A stretch of 64,000 nucleotides of DNA, taken from assembly GCA_964016885.1 (NCBI GenBank), contig OZ024741.1, positions 386,446,001 through 386,510,000 on the forward strand, written 5' to 3'. The stretch comes from Eledone cirrhosa. Taxonomy: Eukaryota. The translations under genes and the position numbers were made by a program. The notes under the pieces are model-generated. The model was not told the DNA's origin. It saw only the letters and a list, made by a program, of their open reading frames with translations, and did not search any database. Positions 59,662-64,000 of this stretch are shown here, in pieces; the first letter of the stretch is position 1; the number at the start of each line of letters is the position of its first letter.

Positions 59662-60011
59662 TTGATTAATATTAAGAAAAATTAATAATACGAAGAGTTA
59701 AAATTTGAGATTTGAAAATTCAAGTATAAAATTGATTGTGGGATTTCACAGTAGTTTTCATCTTGGTAGCAACAAGTTGACTGCTGTGTGCCTTTCTGGT
59801 AGTGAATGAGAAGTTATTTGGGGGTGTGGGTTATTTTATAAAGGTCAGATTTAGCAATGCCCAGCTGGCCAGCTGCTGGTCAGTGAGGGTGTGGAAGCAA
59901 TATACATACATATATCTTCCTGTGGTCGGTAGGAGAGGGGAGCGTGATAGAATGGGATTTAGTGCACTTACACCTATATATACACACATACCTTCATCCA
60001 CACATACATAC

Positions 60012-60064
<53 letters not shown>

Positions 60065-60199
60065 CACACATACATACACACACACATACATATACATACA
60101 CACATACACACACACACACACACATATATACACATACACACACATATATATATACACACACACACACATATATATACATACACATACATCCAGATACAC

Positions 60200-60240
<41 letters not shown>

Positions 60241-60748
60241 CACATACGCATACATCCAGATACACACATACATACACACACACACACACACACACGCACA
60301 CACAATACATACATCCACATGCACACACATACACACACACACACATATACACATACATACACCCACACACAGAGAAATGGCCTCCAAATATATATATATA
60401 TACATACATACACATATATTTTTTTTCTCCATAATATAAGAAGTTAGGACAGTGAAATTAAAATACAAGTCATTCTGATCACATTGAGTTCTTCATGTAG
60501 ATTGGGCCCCGCAACCGACAGTGGTGAATTCTGTGTGCGCATATATATATATAGATATATGTGTGTGCACGTGCAGGGTTTAACATGGATGTGTTCGTCA
60601 CACAAAGGCATGGTCTGTCAACGAATAAACCTGATTCTACAGAATTGGTCTCTGGTCTTTAATAGTAGTGATAATTATATACATGCACACCTACAAACAC
60701 ATATATCTGTCACTCCGTGCGTATGTGTGTTTATATTTTATGACAATT

Positions 60749-62188
60749 CTATTGGGGTGATAATCCGTTTAGTTTTGGTTTAAATTTGTTAAGGAATAGA
60801 TTTTCTTTGTTTATTCTTTGTTGCTGTGTGAACGAATCTGAGCACTTGTAGAAGGGGAAGATTTTAAAGTTGGGTAGTGTCATTCCTGCGCAGTTCGCAA
60901 TATGGCTGCTCAAGGGGATTTTTCTTGTGTTAGCGTCCCGGATTTGTTGGCGGTGGATGGTCATTCTTTTGCGTAATGAGGAGCCCGTCTGTCCTATGTA
61001 GTTGTGTTTGCACCCACCGCAAGTTATTGCGTAAATCAAGTTCTCCGAGTTGCAGGTGAAATTGTTTTTTACTGTAAATGTTTGGCCATCTTTGAATGTA
61101 AATGTTTGTCCTTCAGTGAGGTAGAGGCACGTTCCACAGTTTGTTCTACCACATTTGGTAACTGTAGGGTTGAGGATTGGTTTGGGTATATTTGGTCCAG
61201 TGAGAATGCGTTTTAGTGATTTGGGTTGTCTTTTACTTTTAAGGATCTTGTGTGTTTCAAGAATAGACTTCATTTTTACATCTTTAAGTAGGATGGGGAG
61301 GTTTTTGTGTAGGTGATCAAACATTTCGGTATTTCTGGGGTTGAAAGTGGATACATATGGCAGGGTGTTGAGTGTGGTTTTCTGTTTTGGATTGTTAAGT
61401 TGATGGGGATTTAGGTGTTTTGCCCTGTCTATTCCATTGTTGATTATTTCAAGTGGAAAGGCTCTTAAGATAAGGGTGTCTTTTAGTTCCTTTAGTCTTT
61501 GCTCCCGTTTAGGTGGATCTGATACTATGGTACATATTCGTTTGGCCAAATTGTAAGGAATGTTAAGTTTTGTATGTTTTGGGTGACTTGATGTGAAAAA
61601 GAGGTATTGCTTGGAATCTGTGGGTTTATAGAATATATCTGTATCTAATTTCCCGTCTATTACAGAGATGAGAGTATCCAAGAAGGCTAATTCCTTGGGA
61701 TTGGATTCCATTGTGAATTGTATGTTATTATCTATGTTGTTTATCATGTTTTTGAACGTAGTAAGTGAGTTCAAGTCTTCTTGCCATAGGATAAAGCAGT
61801 CGTCTAGATATCTTTTCCAATTGGCTTTGAGGTGTGTGTGGAAAGAGTCTCCAAATAAGAGAAGGGACTGACTGTATATTTGTTGTTCATGGAATCCCAT
61901 GACTAGGTTGGCATATGTGGGTGCTACTTTCGTGCCCATTGCCGTACCTGATACTTGTCTGTATGTTGAACCATTGAATGTGAAGTAGTTATTTTGTAGG
62001 ATAAAGCGGAGTCCGTCAGTGATAAAATCTGTGTTGATGCGTGTCGGTATTTCTGATGGGTGTGTGTTAAGCCAGTATTGGACTGCTGTTATTCCATAGT
62101 TGTGAGGTATGTTTGTGTAGAGGTTTATTACGTCAAAGGAGACAAGAATTGTATTTGCACTTACTGTTTTAGGGAGGTGTTTCAGCAT
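60749..62188 (-). CDS. Penelope-type RT + GIY-YIG endonuclease (N-terminally truncated, otherwise open)
   Basis: SFDVINLYTNI, GTAMGT, RYLDD, FLD, CGRTNCGTC, LIYAITC..C..NYIGQT, R...H, E, LN. Confidence 0.92.
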   Translation of the reverse strand: MLKHLPKTVSANTILVSFDVINLYTNIPHNYGITAVQYWLNTHPSEIPTRINTDFITDGLRFILQNNYFTFNGSTYRQVSGTAMGTKVAPTYANLVMGFHEQQIYSQSLLLFGDSFHTHLKANWKRYLDDCFILWQEDLNSLTTFKNMINNIDNNIQFTMESNPKELAFLDTLISVIDGKLDTDIFYKPTDSKQYLFFTSSHPKHTKLNIPYNLAKRICTIVSDPPKREQRLKELKDTLILRAFPLEIINNGIDRAKHLNPHQLNNPKQKTTLNTLPYVSTFNPRNTEMFDHLHKNLPILLKDVKMKSILETHKILKSKRQPKSLKRILTGPNIPKPILNPTVTKCGRTNCGTCLYLTEGQTFTFKDGQTFTVKNNFTCNSENLIYAITCGGCKHNYIGQTGSSLRKRMTIHRQQIRDANTRKIPLSSHIANCAGMTLPNFKIFPFYKCSDSFTQQQRINKENLFLNKFKPKLNGLSPQ

Positions 62189-62251
62189 GTCAAGGTCATC
62201 TCGTATGTAGCTCTGTATATGTTGTAGAAATATATATATATATATATATAT

Positions 62252-62426
62252 ATAGATGAGATTCTACAGGACTAGAACTGTTTCATTCATTAGAAATCAT
62301 CAGGAATCTCTTTCTAATGAAACAGTTCTAGTCCTGTAGAATCTCATCTATATTAAAACTGTTATACTCTGCTATGTATTGAGTACCTTACTTACTGTGG
62401 TTACCTCCGATTCAACCCGGAATAAC

Positions 62427-62428
<2 letters not shown>
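62252..62428. mobile_element. Minimal asymmetric inverted cassette
   Basis: 62252-62286 mirrored at 62318-62352, then a tail containing ATTGAGTAC; (TA)n on both sides. Confidence 0.75.
62258..62310 (-). ncRNA. Type I hammerhead ribozyme with canonical core
   Basis: gagattc-CTGATGA-t-ttc taat gaa-t-GAAA-CAG ttctagtc CTG-TA-gaatctc. Confidence 0.8.
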
Positions 62429-62508
<80 letters not shown>

Positions 62509-62558
62509 TAGGCCGAATTACTTGCACACCGCCAGAGATTCGATTTTACTAAGCTTCC

Positions 62559-63200
<642 letters not shown>

Positions 63201-63212
63201 ATATATATATAT

Positions 63213-63402
63213 ATAACGAAGGAGGTGTGGTAAGGAACCAGATGGACCATAACACACCAGAATACTCAATACTTAGAGTAGTAGAGTGGGTAATAGGAAA
63301 ATGTTTGACCCGACGGCAGAGTTCAAGCCGTTTCGACGGGTATTTCTAGTCAGAAATAGCCGTCGAAATGGCTTGAGCTCTGCCGTCGGCGTCAAACATT
63401 TT

Positions 63403-63405
<3 letters not shown>
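63213..63405. mobile_element. Fold-back cassette, same family as 36771-37106
   Basis: Palindrome 63292-63407; left extension homologous to 36975-37055. Confidence 0.78.
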
Positions 63406-63493
<88 letters not shown>

Positions 63494-64000
63494 GTGTGTG
63501 TGTGGTAATATTGGGGTTTTCCAATATGGGTCCTGGTAAAGATGAGAGAAGCCCTATGCTAACTAGTTTCCTTGATACAGAAGTAATATCGGCTGAGGAT
63601 GTTCTCAGCCGTTGTAGATTCTGCTGTAGACTGTTAGGCTACGGGCTGCAGAGCTCAAAATTTATAAATGGAGAGAGAATAACCAAGTTATACTTAAAAC
63701 ATAATTTTAATTCTACATATCTTTCAATGCATAGTGGCGGGCCATACCACGAAATATACGAGGTGTCTGTCGCTCTACATATCTTCAGGAATTTATATAT
63801 TGTTAGAAGGTTCAAGAGTAATACATAAAAGAGATAACTTCATACCATATCAATTAAGATATTGTAAGTTACAAGCATATTTAAAGCAGTAGCGGTATTA
63901 AAGACAGTATATCTAAATGTAGTACTTCTGTGCATACGTACATTAATAGACATATGCTTAAAATTACAAGAGATTTTTAGTGTGCATATTGACGCGCCTG

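Overview
Very repeat-dense animal genomic DNA. The SINE types and microsatellite load suggest a cephalopod (octopus-like), which is an inference. No host gene can be supported, and nearly all long ORFs in the track are microsatellite artefacts. The real coding content is retroelement-derived: three copies of an RTE LINE ending in three C2H2 fingers; a near full-length R4/Dong-type RLE LINE plus relics; five Penelope-like element (PLE) fragments (RT and/or GIY-YIG); a CRE-like relic; and a deleted mariner. There are also many tRNA-derived SINEs. Two organised patterns stand out. (1) About 15 hammerhead-ribozyme (HHR) motifs from unrelated sequence families, many inside short asymmetric inverted-repeat cassettes bounded by (TA)n. 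These follow one rule: one arm stops at (TA)n, and the other carries an extra tail, often with an ATYGAGYNC motif. Several palindromes fold back exactly on HHR stem II. (2) A (TATG)n-centred community of elements: the RTE LINE, its ~600-bp non-autonomous partner and opposite-strand R4-type LINEs are strung together, with junctions in (TATG)n tracts. All alignments and folds were made by eye, so coordinates are approximate to a few bases.
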